From Octopus bimaculoides (Eukaryota): 64,000 bases of DNA. Both the position numbers and the translations under genes were made by a program. The stretch's first letter is position 1. The number at the start of each line of letters is the position of its first letter. This document shows, one piece after another, positions 50,417-62,885 of the stretch. The notes below the pieces were generated by a model that was not told the DNA's origin, searched no databases, and saw nothing but the letters and a program-made list of their open reading frames with translations. The DNA is taken from NCBI RefSeq assembly GCF_001194135.2, contig NC_069003.1, positions 19,734,795-19,798,794 on the forward strand, written 5' to 3'.

Positions 50417-51671
50417 CAGAGTGTGGTGAATAAATTGTCTAAATTATGTAAAAGTGAAAATAACACTGACAAACTCATTTTAACAGATGTATTTTCCAAA
50501 ATTACATAAAAGTATCTTGAAATACTAAAGAGTAAATTTATTCAATAACATCGCCATTGGCTTCAGCCATGGCCTCCAGATGACTTTGGAATCTCCTGCA
50601 ACTCTTCTGGATGGTCTCTTTGTTAAGTTGGTGAATGCTGCTATAATCCTTGCATTTAGTTCATCTTTGATGTTACAAAGAGTTTTGTTGGTCTCTCACT
50701 CAACTGTGCCCTACACATAATAACAAAGGGGGTTGCACTCTGGGGAGTTAGGTGACCAGATGTTAGGGGTGGTGTGGTTGCAGAAATTGTGCCATAGTGC
50801 AGAGTCCTGTTGCCAGACATAGGGTGTTCCAGCAGCCACCCTCTTAACTCAGGGTAGCACCTCCTCCAGACACTTGATGTAGGCCTCTGTATTGAGTCTG
50901 AGGCAGTGTGGGAAGATGAATGGAGGAATAACATTGCCATCACTAGAGATCACTCCAAAGACCATGATGTTGACTGGATGTTTGATTTTTATCACACTTG
51001 GTACATATTTTGGGGACACAGCAAGCCAACACTTGTTCTCTATGTTCACTATCTGAACCTGGTAGAAATTTTTCTCATCTGAGAAAAACCAAAGATTGTT
51101 TGGTTGGAGGGGAAGCTTGAGTTTGTTCAAAAGCTTCATAGCACGGTCTTTCCTCTTGTTCTTGATGGCTTGGAATAAAAATTGACCCTGCCTCATCTTG
51201 TACGAGGAATACCAAATGTCTTCATGTACTACCTGCCTGATAAGAAACTCAGACACTCCCATGTCCCTGGCAATGGACCTAATTGACTTGCAGAGATTGT
51301 TGTCAATCATAGCCTGGATCTCACCGACAAATTCAAGAGTTCTTTTCTTATCAGAATGATCAGAGTGAGTATTCCGAGCTGTTGTACTTTCACAATCACC
51401 ATTAGACTCATCCAACTCTTTCTGAATCCTCTGCACTGTCCTGATATTTTCACCCAGACACTCTGAAATGTTCGCATTGGAGCCTCCCATGTGAATACCA
51501 AGGAGTACAGCATGTCGTTTTCAAATTTCTGGCAGAGTGAATTGTGTCATGGTGCAGTTTTTCTCACAGACAGTGCCCAACTGTCCCTGTGCAGTCAACA
51601 AAATTAAAAACAAACAATGCGCATGTCCTAAATTAAAAATATAAATGGTGGCAATTTACCCTTGCACCCTG
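50417..51671 (-). mobile_element. Near full-length (about 1.25 kb) defective maT (DD37D) transposon
   Basis: The left TIR (minus) is CAGGGTGCAAGGGTAAATTGCCACC. The 213-aa ORF carries an HTH region and WFFSDEKNF. There is an early TGA, a frameshift before QQDSA, and the third Asp is replaced (NPLCYYV). Confidence 0.9.
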
Positions 51672-52844
51672 NNNNNNNNNNNNNNNNNNNNNNNNNNNNN
51701 NNNNNNNNNNNNNNNNNNNNNNNNNNNNNNNNNNNNNNNNNNNNNNNNNNNNNNNNNNNNNNNNNNNNNNNNNNNNNNNNNNNNNNNNNGATCTCTCATA
51801 TATACATTATTCATTATTGGCAGCATCATTTAGGTACATGTGTTTGTGTGTGGGAGAGAGAGATAGAGTTTGTGTGTGTGTGTAATTACATATACAATGT
51901 AACTATATATATATACAATGAGCTTCTTTCAGTTTCTGTCTACCAAATCTTTTCACAAGGCTTTGGTCAGCCTGGGCCTATAGTAGAAGACATTTGTCTA
52001 AGATGCCATGTAGTGGAACCAAACTCAGAAGTTCCAAGGCAAACTTCTTACCACACACCCATGCCTGTACAATTCACCTTTACTTCATTACAGCTTCAGT
52101 TTGAGTTACTTTCACACTCACAATCAATATATCTTAATATCAATCACTGAGCTATATCTGCTGATCTATCAACACATGGACAACTGTATTCTATCAAGAT
52201 CTACACAGGACACTGTGGTTGTAGAGGAAAAGCTCACTAAGATAAGTCTCTCTCTACACTTGGATAACTGTAGGTTGTTCCGTCAAGATCTACAGTGTGT
52301 TGGAGGTACAGAAGGGAGGTATCACTAAAATTATGTACAATGATGAAAAGCTGTTACATTAAGTACAATGAACTTCTCCAGTACTAAATACATATATTTT
52401 AAACCTTTATACCATTTGGATATTTAACTCATATAAATTTCTGTGTATTTTTTAATACACTTGCTGCAATTACTCAAAATTGGCAGAATCATTAAGGCAT
52501 AGTAAAAATACCTTGTGGTATTTGCTCCAATTCTTTACATTCTCACGTCAAATCCCACCACCTTCATCTCTAACCCCTCTGTAGTCAAGATAAAATACCA
52601 GTTAAGTACTGGGGTCAATTGTATTGACTAAAACCCCCTCCCAAAAGTTTCATGCTTCGTGCATATATTTGAAAAAAATTAAAAGTGGCATTCTAGTAAA
52701 ATTGTTAGAATATCATACAAAATTCCAGGAAGTTTTTCTTCCAGCTCTCTACTTTCTGGTTTCAAATCTCACCTTTCATGATTGATGAAGTACCAGTTTA
52801 AGTATTAGGTTCAATGCTAGTTAGTAATGTCCTCCTCTCAAAAT

Positions 52845-53126
52845 TACTGCCAATGGCTCCTGTACAGGTGGCACGTAAAATACACCATTTCGAGCGTGGC
52901 CGTTGCCAGTACCTCCTGACTAGCCTTCGTGCAAGTGGCACGTAAAAGCACCCACCACACTCTCAGAGTGGTTGGCATTAGGAAGGACATCCAGCTGTAG
53001 AAACTCTGCCAAATCAGATTGGAGTCTGGTGTAGCCATCTGGTTCACAAGTCCTCAGTCAAATCGTCCAACCCATGCTAGCATGGAAAGCGGACGTTAAA
53101 TGATGATGATGATGATGATGATGATG
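52845..53126 (+). mobile_element. RTE-type LINE 3' end fragment with (GAT)n tail
   Basis: The last 130 bp are nearly identical to 32740-32868. Confidence 0.85.
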
Positions 53127-54234
53127 TGGCAAGGTGGAAGAATCATTGTCACACTGGACAAAATGCTGTTCTGAGTTTAAATGATACCAAAGTCAACTTT
53201 CCTTTTATCCTTTCAGGATCAATTAAATAAGTACCAGTTGAGTACTGGGGTTGATGCCTTTAGTAGAAAGGAATATTATTATTATTATTATTATTACTAT
53301 TATTATTTGGCATTAGGAAGGGCATCCAGCTGTAGTAGAAACAATTATTATTATTTGGTGTGAGGAAGAACATCCAGCCTTGGAAACCATGCCAAATCAG
53401 ACTGGAGTCTGGTACAGCTTCTCAGCTTGCCAGCTCTGGTCAAACCAGCCAACCTATGGACAACAGATGTTAGATGATGATGATGATGATGATTATAGTA
53501 GTAGTAGTAGCAGTAGTAGCAGCAGTTTGATAACACAGTCCTGTCATTAACAAATCTTAATTAACCAAGTTTGTTTTTCAATTAATCATTTTGTTTTAAC
53601 TATCATATTTTTTAATGCACTTAGATATTTTAAAACTTATTTTATGTCATAAATCATTAATTATATTAATTATAACAATGGCAGAGATCATAATAATTAA
53701 TTCAGGGCCCTGTACCGATCTTAGGAATCATTAATTGTATCAATTTGTGATCTTTCACTAATTATAATAATTCATTTGTGGCCTTGTACCATTTGCATAA
53801 CTTACTGAAGTGTGGCTTTGTTCTGACATTAGAATTGTCAGATTGAAAGACAAAATGCCTTGCAGTATTTATCTTGGCTCTTACATTGTGAGTTCAAATC
53901 CCACTCCAGTTCACTTTGCCTTTCATCTTTGCAGGATCACAAATAAAGTAAAAGTCTGCATAATCAAACTAACTTCACTTCCTCAAACTTCTATTTGAGA
54001 GTAGTGGACTGTCAAGAATTGTCAGAGAGTTAGAAAAGAAAATGCCTTGAAGTATTCCTTCCAGTTCTTTATGTTCTAAGTCAAAATCATAAAAAAAAGT
54101 TAACTTAGTCTTTCATACCTCTGGGGCCAACCAAATAAAGTAGCAGTTAAATATTTGAGTAAATTTAGTTGACTGCTCCCCTCCTCCATCAAATTTCATA
54201 TCTTGAGATTATATCATCATTATTATTACTATTA

Positions 54235-54760
54235 TTGACTGAGAGAGTAGTGCATGCTATCAAAGTGACACTGGGATAAAATATACGAAGACCAGTATAC
54301 CCATAATGACAACCCATCTGATAAGGGAACACCAAGCAATGCATCACAACCATATGTGTGTGACATGGTGATTTCATATCAAGATAAACAGCGCATGACC
54401 TTGCAGGTAGGGCCCAGTTAGAATTTCTTCAGGTCAAGTAGCCCATCCTGCTCAAAAGGTCCTCAACTGAGAGTTGTTTAAGGATATTGAATGAAACACC
54501 GATGTTTCCAGTGGTGAATTATTCAAGCCCCAAGGAATTCCTCTCAACACATGGCTATGATGCTTCCTCACTATTTCTGCTTGCGATCAGAGATGTACAT
54601 ATCGTCAGCCACTAAAGGACATGCTCAGCTGGTTAAGGTCAAACAACTGACAAGCAAATCTGTGGTTTGGAGCGGAATATTTGCTGTAGCCCATCTTTTA
54701 CACCAAGACAAAACATGTACGTGATAACACTTCCAATCAGTTGAGATCAGAAGCCATGAG
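54235..54760 (-). mobile_element. Dispersed retroelement-like repeat; a partial copy lies inverted at 61118-61400
   Basis: 54410-54700 is approximately the reverse complement of 61118-61400. It ends in (AAT)n on the minus strand. Confidence 0.6.
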
Positions 54761-54945
54761 AGCTAGTGTCTGATATTGCATAAGAGAAATTATCATCATT
54801 ACCATTATTATTATTGAAAGATGAGCATTGTAGTTTGCTTGAAGCATTATATTACAGAAGTAGAATGATAAATAAAAATGGAAATGAGGAAAGCTTCTAA
54901 CAATGCAGAGACAAAAGTTGAAAAACTTTAATATATTTCAGAAAC

Positions 54946-55068
54946 AAAGGCCCATTTCAGAAGAGTACAGTCAAAGAAATACGTGTCTATGTAGCAATCT
55001 AACAATTCAAATGATAAGATCTACATGGACACATTTTTTTGACTGTACACTTCTGAAGATGGGCCTTT
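54946..55068. repeat. Hairpin with about 49-bp arms and a 26-nt loop
   Basis: 54946-54994 versus the reverse complement of 55021-55068 shows a few mismatches and indels. Confidence 0.9.
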
Positions 55069-55120
55069 GCACCAGTTTGAAGCTTTCCTCGTTTCCCGTT
55101 TTATTTATGATTATTATTGA

Positions 55121-55332
55121 AGGCAGTGAGCTGGCAGAATTGTTACCATGCCAGACAAAATGCTTAGCGACATTTCATTTGTCTTAATGTTCTGAGTTCA
55201 AATTCCACTGAGGCCGACTTTTCCTTTCATCCTTTCAGGATTAATAAAATAAATACCAGTCAAGCACTAGGGTCAGTGTAATTAACCTAAAATTCCACTA
55301 AAATTGCAGCCCTTGTGTCAACATTTCAAACT
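55121..55332 (+). mobile_element. tRNA-headed SINE family B
   Basis: ggcagtgagctggcagaattgtt...gagttcaaattcc...ctttcatccttt...catttcaaact. Confidence 0.8.
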
Positions 55333-56511
55333 ATTATTATTATTATTGAAAGTGTTGTAATGTACAAGAAAGACCTCAGTGATCACTCAATGCCCTTCCC
55401 TTTTCTTCGGTTGCATTTAATGTAGGATTCCATGGCTGTGCCAGTAATTATCATTCATGATAAAAGCTTTTGACGGGATTAAATTTGGTAGTCAATAAAT
55501 AGGGTTATAAGATTATCAACAAAAGATGGAAGTAAACATAATACTTAATTCTTTTGAAAAATGTTTAAACTGGTAAGTCATAGCTTCTTAGAAATAAACC
55601 AAATTTTAATATCATTTGGTAGATGAATTATCCATGAGATTTCTAGAAAACTAACCATAATTAGAAGAACATAGAGCATAAAAGTCTTTAATGGTTTCAC
55701 TTTAAGAAATTGCAAAAGTTATTTGCAGTGAGTAATCTCTTAAACTTAGGTTATATGTGACAAATATGAAAGAAGGTTGATTTAGTGCAGAAATATTTGA
55801 AATTTTAGAGGTTCTTTATTTATTCTTTGGTGTTCAATATTTCCTTTGTTTTTTGGGAGTTCTTTGTTGTTGTTTTTTATCTTTCCATATGATGAAAGCT
55901 TAGAATATTTTCTACAAACAGAGATGAAAAGAATTCTATGGTTAAGAAAAAAAAAGAAAGATATTAAAGACACTGAAAAATGAGGAGCCAAATGGTATTT
56001 TGCTATAATTATTTTCACCTTTTTTACATCAATTTACATTTAATAATAATAATAATTCCTAAGTATTATTCATGTTATAGAAATATATCCAACCGAGTTA
56101 ATAGCTATTTCCCTAAGTACTTTAGCTTAAAGCTGATAATTCCAACAGAATAGTGTTATATAATGGCATCATTGAAATAAAAAAGAAAAATTTCAAAAAA
56201 AGGTTCTTCTGAAACGAAAATAATTCAGTAACAAGAAAAGAATTTAAGAAATAGCTTATAAAATCTATAGTCACATATCTGCCAGGTATAAAAATGATTG
56301 AATTCTGAAACTATTACAATTCCTCTGTGCTTCCATAGATTCACAAAATTCACAAAATTTCAAAGAATAACTTTTTCCTTTAATTTTTGTTTTTGCTTAT
56401 TTATTATTTTCTGTTTTATATTTTTACCTTGTCCCATGTTAATATGAATAAAATGTTCAGCAGTTTTTTTTTTTTTTGGTTTTATTTTTTTTGTAAGTTT
56501 CAACAAAGGTG

Positions 56512-56905
56512 CAAGTATGGCTGTGTGGTAAGAGGTTTGCTTCCCAAACACATGGCTCCAGGTTCATTTGCACTGCATGACATCTTGCACAAATGTCTTC
56601 TACTGCAGCCCCAGGCCAACCAAAGATTTGTGAGAGGATTTGCTAAATGGAAACTCAAAAAAAGCCTGTTGTGCATATATGTATATATCTATGTGAGAGT
56701 GTCTTTGTGTTTGTCTCCCATCAATGCTTGACAACCAGTGTGGGTTTCTTTACATTCCCATATGTTGCAAATTTGGTAAAAGAGACTGATTGAATAAGTA
56801 CCAGACTTGAAAAAATAAGTAGTGAGGTAGATTTGCTCAACTAAACCCTTCAAGGTAGTGCCCCAGCATGGCTGCAATTCAATGACTGAAACAAGTAAGA
56901 GAAAT
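56512..56905 (+). mobile_element. Full-length tRNA-headed SINE family A
   Basis: Head atggctgtgtggtaag...ggttcattt and tail tgactgaaacaagtaagaga. Confidence 0.85.
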
Positions 56906-56982
56906 GGTTGCTGGGGGTTTTTTCTTTCATTTATTCTTTTTGAATATAACTGCCTAAATAGACTGAGGTAGTAGAGTTAATA

Positions 56983-57840
56983 CAGGGTGCAATGGGTAAA
57001 TTGTCACCATTTTATATTTTTGATTTCGCACATGTGCATTGTTTTTGATTTTGTTGACTACACAGTATAGTAGGGTCAGTTCGGCACTGTCTGTGAGAAA
57101 AACAGCACCATGGTGCAATTCACTCTGCCAGAAATTTGGAAATGACATGCTGTACTTCTTATCATTCATGCTGGAAGTGATAAAACTCATACATCCCATC
57201 AACATTATGGTGTTTGGAGTGATCACTAGTGATGGCGACTATGTCTCCATCTTCNNNNNNNNNNGGTGTTTGGAGTGATCACTAGTGATGGCGACTATGT
57301 CTCCATCTTCCCACACAGCCTCAGACTCAACACAGAGGCCTACATCAAGTGCCTGGAGGAGTAGTGTTGCCCTGGGTCAAGAGGGTGGCTGCTAGAATAC
57401 CCTACGTCTGGCAACAGGACTCTGCACCATGCCACACAAGCAGAACCCAGTCATGGCTGTCAGACAATTTCTGCAACCACATCACCCTTAACATCTGGCC
57501 ACCTAAATGCCCACACTGCAACCCCCTTGATTATTATGTGTGAGGTGCAGTTGAACAAAAGACCTACAAAACTCCTTGTAACACCAAGGATGAACTAAAT
57601 GCAAGGATTATAGCAGCATTCACCAACTTAAACAAGGAAACCGTTCAGAAGAGTTGCAGGAGATTCCAAAGTCATCTGGAGACCATGGCTGAAGCCAATG
57701 GTGATTATATTGAATAAATTTACTTTTTAGTATTTCAAAATATTTTTATGTAATTTTGATAAATATATCTGTTAAAATGAAATGTCAGTGTTATTTTCGT
57801 TTGTGCATAACTTAGATGACAATTTATTCACCGTGTCCTG
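56983..57840 (+). mobile_element. Internally deleted maT (DD37D) element
   Basis: TA then CAGGGTGCAATGGGTAAATTGTC...GACAATTTATTCACCGTGTCCTG then TA. Peptide WQQDSAPCH..WPPKCPHCNPLDYYV. Confidence 0.9.
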
Positions 57841-57872
57841 TATGTATGTATGTATGTATGTATGTATGTATG

Positions 57873-57910
<38 letters not shown>

Positions 57911-57936
57911 CATACATTATATGTATATACAGACAT

Positions 57937-57967
<31 letters not shown>

Positions 57968-57976
57968 TATCTTTAA

Positions 57977-58183
57977 AGCAGTGAGCTGGCAGAATCATTA
58001 GCTCCAGGCAAAATGCTTAGCAGCATTTTGTTTGTCTTTATGTTCTGAGTTCAAATTCTGCCGAGGTCAACTTTGCCTTTCATCCTTTCAGAATTGATAA
58101 AATAAATACGAGTTGAACACTGAGGGTGATGTAACCAACTTAGCCCCTACCTCAAAATTGCTAGCCTTGTTTCAAAATTTGAA
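57977..58183 (+). mobile_element. tRNA-headed SINE family B
   Basis: gcagtgagctggcagaatc...gagttcaaattctg...aaaatttgaaatt. Confidence 0.8.
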
Positions 58184-58379
58184 ATTAATATCTATTGTTG
58201 CAAAATGCAGCCTCCTGACACCGACAAAGCTCCAAGGACAAAGTCAGCAGCTGGGAAACTGCGGGCCAGCCCAGGAAGCCAACTTGCTTAGAAAGGAAGT
58301 AGTAGTCATACCTGGTTGGATGTCTTGTGTAATGTGATTCTACACTAACTGGGTTCACTTTGACTGGTCATATCACATC

Positions 58380-58600
58380 TTTACACCAACTGTCTTTGTT
58401 GTCAAATTCACACTGACTATTTTCATAGCCAACTTCACACTCGCTATCTTCGTTGCCAACTTCACACTCGCTATCTTCGTTGCCAACTTTACACTGACTG
58501 TCTTTTTACTGTTTGTTTACACTGCCATCTTCACACTCTGCATTCATTACATCACTGACTTCACACTCTGCGTTCTTTACATCACCCATTCACACGTGTT
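58380..58600. repeat. 27-bp minisatellite (degenerate array)
   Basis: GCCAACTTCACACTCGCTATCTTCGTT occurs twice exactly (58428-58481), with degenerate CACACT-containing units on both sides. Confidence 0.9.
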
Positions 58601-61071
58601 CCTTCACCAGTTCAAATCATCTACCTCACAGCCAAGATGCACAAAAAAACAACGTGTCACATGATCAATAAGGTTATTTCTCCTTTGTAACACTATATTG
58701 CTTTACTTAACCTAATTGATGACAGACATAACAATGTGGTCCTTAGACCAGCTCATAAAAAGAATCTTATATCCAAATCATGGCAGTCTGTAGTCCAGCA
58801 TTCCAAGAAGTATCTACTGTATTCTAGGTTCAATTTCACAGCAAAGCAACTTAGGCAAGTGTTTTGTACTATAATCTTCTGTCAATCCAAGCCTTGTCAG
58901 AGAAATTGGATAGACAGAAAATGTGTATAAGCTTGTTGGGTGGATTACTGTACTTGTAATTCAAAGGCCCAGCATTGTCACATGTTGTTTTAGGCTGATC
59001 TGGCTTAGTTCACCTATGTTCCTCAATTATGTATAAAGTTTCTACCACTGGGCAAGAGTCTTCTACTATAAATTCAGGCTGACCAATATTTGCAAATGAA
59101 ATTGTTAGATAGAAATTCCATAGAAGCTGATTATATCTATGTGTGTTTATACATACCATTTTTAAGAATGATGAATCTTGAAGTAAATAAGGCTATAAAT
59201 AATAGCATGTAAATATTTGGTTAAAAGCTTTGGACAGAAAAAGTCAAAGGCTGCCCATGGGTCTTACAACTACATCTGTAAATATATTTACATGCTATTA
59301 TCTTAGCGGCATTTCATCTGTCCTAATGTTCTGAGTTCAAATGACACTGAGGTTGACTTTGCTTTTCATCCTTTTGGGCTCAATAAAATAAGTACCAGTT
59401 GAGCACTGGGGTCAATGTAACCGAGTTAGCACCTACCCAAAAATTTCTGCCCTTCTGTCAAAATCCAAAACCATTATTTGCTTCAAGATTAAACATTTCT
59501 TAAATGAATTATTTCACATTCTTGAAGTTTCTAAATATGTATGATATCAACAATGTGTGTGTGTATGTGTACGCGCACGCATGCATGTGTACAAAGCTTT
59601 GTGGCTGAGGTGTTGAACTTACAATTGCAAGGTCATGGGCTCAATTACTGGACCAGGTAGCACATTATGTCACTGACCAAGGCATTTCATTTCATATTGC
59701 TTCAGTTTACTTAGCTGAAAATGAATACCAACTTTATGCTGGTGCAGCCTTCTCTCCCTCCAGCTCTAACATCTATGATGTTATGCTCAATCAAAGCGTG
59801 AGAGGGTTGAGAAATTGTCTATGTCTACTCACCACTACAAAAGCACCAAAAACAATTAGCAAATACACGTTACATAGTACCAGGTCATACTTGCTTGCAA
59901 GTGATAACCATGAGAGGTGTGTGTGTGTGTGTGTGTTCTCATCAGTGTTTTGATACTGTTTATGTGCTTAAAGCATAAAACACTTAGGTTATATCATGGT
60001 TTATACCTGCTGTTAAAAATATGCTGGACTATTGCAAAGTTCATTATGCAAGAGACAAGAGCCAATAAGTATCTTACTTGGAAATAAGAGTCGGGGGCAT
60101 AAAGGGCATCTGGCCATAGTATACTGTTTCCAAAAAGCAAGTCTCATCCAACTCATGCCAGAATGAGAAAAGCAGTTATTAAAACAATGGTGGTGGTAGT
60201 GATGATGATAATTACGATGGGCGCTAGAGATGTTTAAGAAAAGGTAGTATGGTCAAGGATGGAATGTATTTGATCAGGGATTAGCAGAATCAGGGCTGAT
60301 ACAGAGCCAAATAACATGTGTTGTTAAAGTTTATAGCACTTAGTGCCCTACCTTACTTTATTGCTCCAAAAATCAGCTTGTATGTCTACAGATTCTTTCT
60401 TATAGGCTGGCTACTTTCCATCGAGATTCTCTTCATATATAACAACAACAATAAATATAAGTACTGGATATTTGTTAAGCATTTTATGGCACTAATATAT
60501 TGATGTTTTTTAAGTGTCAATCTTATTTAACCCATTTCTTCATGTTATATATGAGAAATAATGAAAATAAAAATTAAAAGAAAATAGAAAAAAAACAATC
60601 TTCAATATGATGATATATTTATTGTAAGAAGAAGAAAGAGAGAAAGAGAAAAGAAAACAACAGGGGAACAGGGGGGGGTAGAAAGAAAGGAAAGAAAGAT
60701 AGCTTATATTGAGAGATGAAATGATACAATCCTGTCACATCAACAATGATTTATTGTAAAACAACAAAACAATAATAATAATATGGAACTGAAATTTAAG
60801 CCTGCTATTTCAGTGGAAATATTTATGTTCTCCAATATGAAGTACAAATACTCCCAGTAGAAGTGAGTAGCTTCCTACAGGGAAAGGTTAGGTCTGCTAT
60901 AAATAGCAGACAAACCTTACCCAAATCATATTCTACTATGTTCAAAAAGAAGTGGAGTGGAGGAAAGAAAGGGCATGTTGAATAATCTAGTCCACGATAC
61001 TCAATACATGTGAAATAATAATAATAATACTACTACTACTACTACTAATAATAATAATAATAATAATAATA

Positions 61072-61113
<42 letters not shown>

Positions 61114-61429
61114 TAATATGGGTTACAGCAAATATTCTGCTCAGTATCACTGATTTGCTTATAAGTCGTTTGACCTTAACCAATTGGTGGCTGACAATGT
61201 GTATCTTTGATCACAAACAGAAGTAATGGAGGAGCATCACAGCCATGTGTTGAGAGGAATTCTTTGGGGCTTGAACAATTCACCACTGGAAACATGGGTG
61301 TTTCATTCATCATCCTTAATCCTTATTCAGAGACCTTCTTTGATGCCAGACGGACTACTCAACCTGAAGAAAATTTTAACTGGGCCTCACTTACAACAAC
61401 AACATGTGGGGTTAACATCAATCAAGGGG

Positions 61430-61481
<52 letters not shown>

Positions 61482-61494
61482 GCTCAAGATCAAG

Positions 61495-62550
61495 CATTGA
61501 GACCAGGAAGACAAGGGATGAAGTGATAAGGACCGATCTCAGGAAGATGGACCTCACGAAAGAAATGACCATGGATCAAGATGTCTGGCAATATGAAGTT
61601 CTTGAGAAGACCTGCCCACATCAACGAAACTGAGTTCTAGAAGTGTTGTGTGTTCCATCCACACTTAACAAGAAAACTTCCCACACACTCTATCACAACA
61701 AACCAAACTACGTTTCTACATCCCTTCTCTTCCTCACATTTCCTCTTCATGTACAATGATTACCTTCCACTTCTCAATCTTGTCCTCTTGTCCCAATGCC
61801 ACTGTATCATTGCTCTCTGCTTACCCCCAACTTGTGCGTTCTACCCACATGCCTTGTCTCACTCTATTATTGTCTCTGCTAGCCCCCCCCCCCTCCTGAG
61901 TGTTCCACCCATACTTAACAAGAAAACTTTTCCCTCGCCCTACCCCAACAAACCAATCTACATCTCTTCTTTTTCTCGCATTTCCTCCTTCATTCATTAT
62001 ATCAAGCTCTCACTCCCCAATCCTGTCTTCACACCCCTATTCCTCTATATCATTACTATCCAGTAGCCTCACCAACTCTATATACACCCAGGTCTTTTGC
62101 CACTTATTCGCACTCTTTAATCACACTCCCTTCGCAATATCCTGCCACTTATATTATGGCATTTGAACCTCAAGAGTATGTCCTGGCACTTGCCACTATT
62201 TATATCTCTCTCTTCCTTTACTCAACCATCTCATTTATACTCTGATCCCCATTCCTTGTGAGTATGCCCAGCATTTTGCCACCATCTCCATCCTGTGGTC
62301 TTCCACTCTCACTCTCTCTCCCCTTCTTCTGCACTTCCCTCAGGTTCAGCAATCATGTATTTTCTTTGCAGTAGCACACCTGTTTCTGTCTTCATTCCTG
62401 ATCTTTCTCTCTCCGGCCGTCTTTCTCTCACCTGCATCTGTCTCACTATAACCTTTTCATCATCACCTCCCCCAATGCCTCCTCTCCACTTAAAAGTTTT
62501 TGTCTTGCAAGTACTTGGTGACCCTGTCAGTGCAGGTGCCACTTGAAAGC
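61495..62550 (+). mobile_element. Second RTE-like LINE 3' remnant with a pyrimidine-rich 3' region and an internal duplication of about 100 bp
   Basis: RKTRDEVIRTDLRKMDLTKEMTMDQDVWQYEV resembles the RTE C-terminal RPRKTW.E.V..DL..L.L...M..DR..WR. A direct repeat lies at about 61650 and 61900. Confidence 0.6.
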
Positions 62551-62735
62551 ACCCGGTAATGAACATTGGTATTGTGACAGAGAACAAACAACAATTAACT
62601 GTTTGGCCAGTTGTCCCTATATCTAACCTATCTTGGGTTAAAGTATTTTCAACAAAAACCACTTAAACAGACACACAAAGATTTCTACAATCTATATTTC
62701 CTTTATAACAGAGGATAGAGAAACACTGAATGTAC

Positions 62736-62885
62736 CCCTTAGCATTTAAACCAGCCATATCCAGCCCAAATATTCTACCTGTTTTGGTCTCTCACGCCTA
62801 TCCTACAACATCATTCTAAAAATAAACATTCACATCATCAAAATCTAAGCTCTTCATATGACAGAGAAATCTGAATGCTGAAGGG
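62736..62885 (+). mobile_element. piggyBac-type MITE (family 1), internally deleted
   Basis: cccttagcatttaaaccagccatatc...ctgaatgctgaaggg, followed by TTAA at 62886-62889. Confidence 0.8.

Noticed and set aside
57215-57314. About 40-bp direct duplication flanking a 10-N gap in the maT copy
   Set aside because: Identical sequence on both sides of a tiny gap is a typical unmerged contig overlap.
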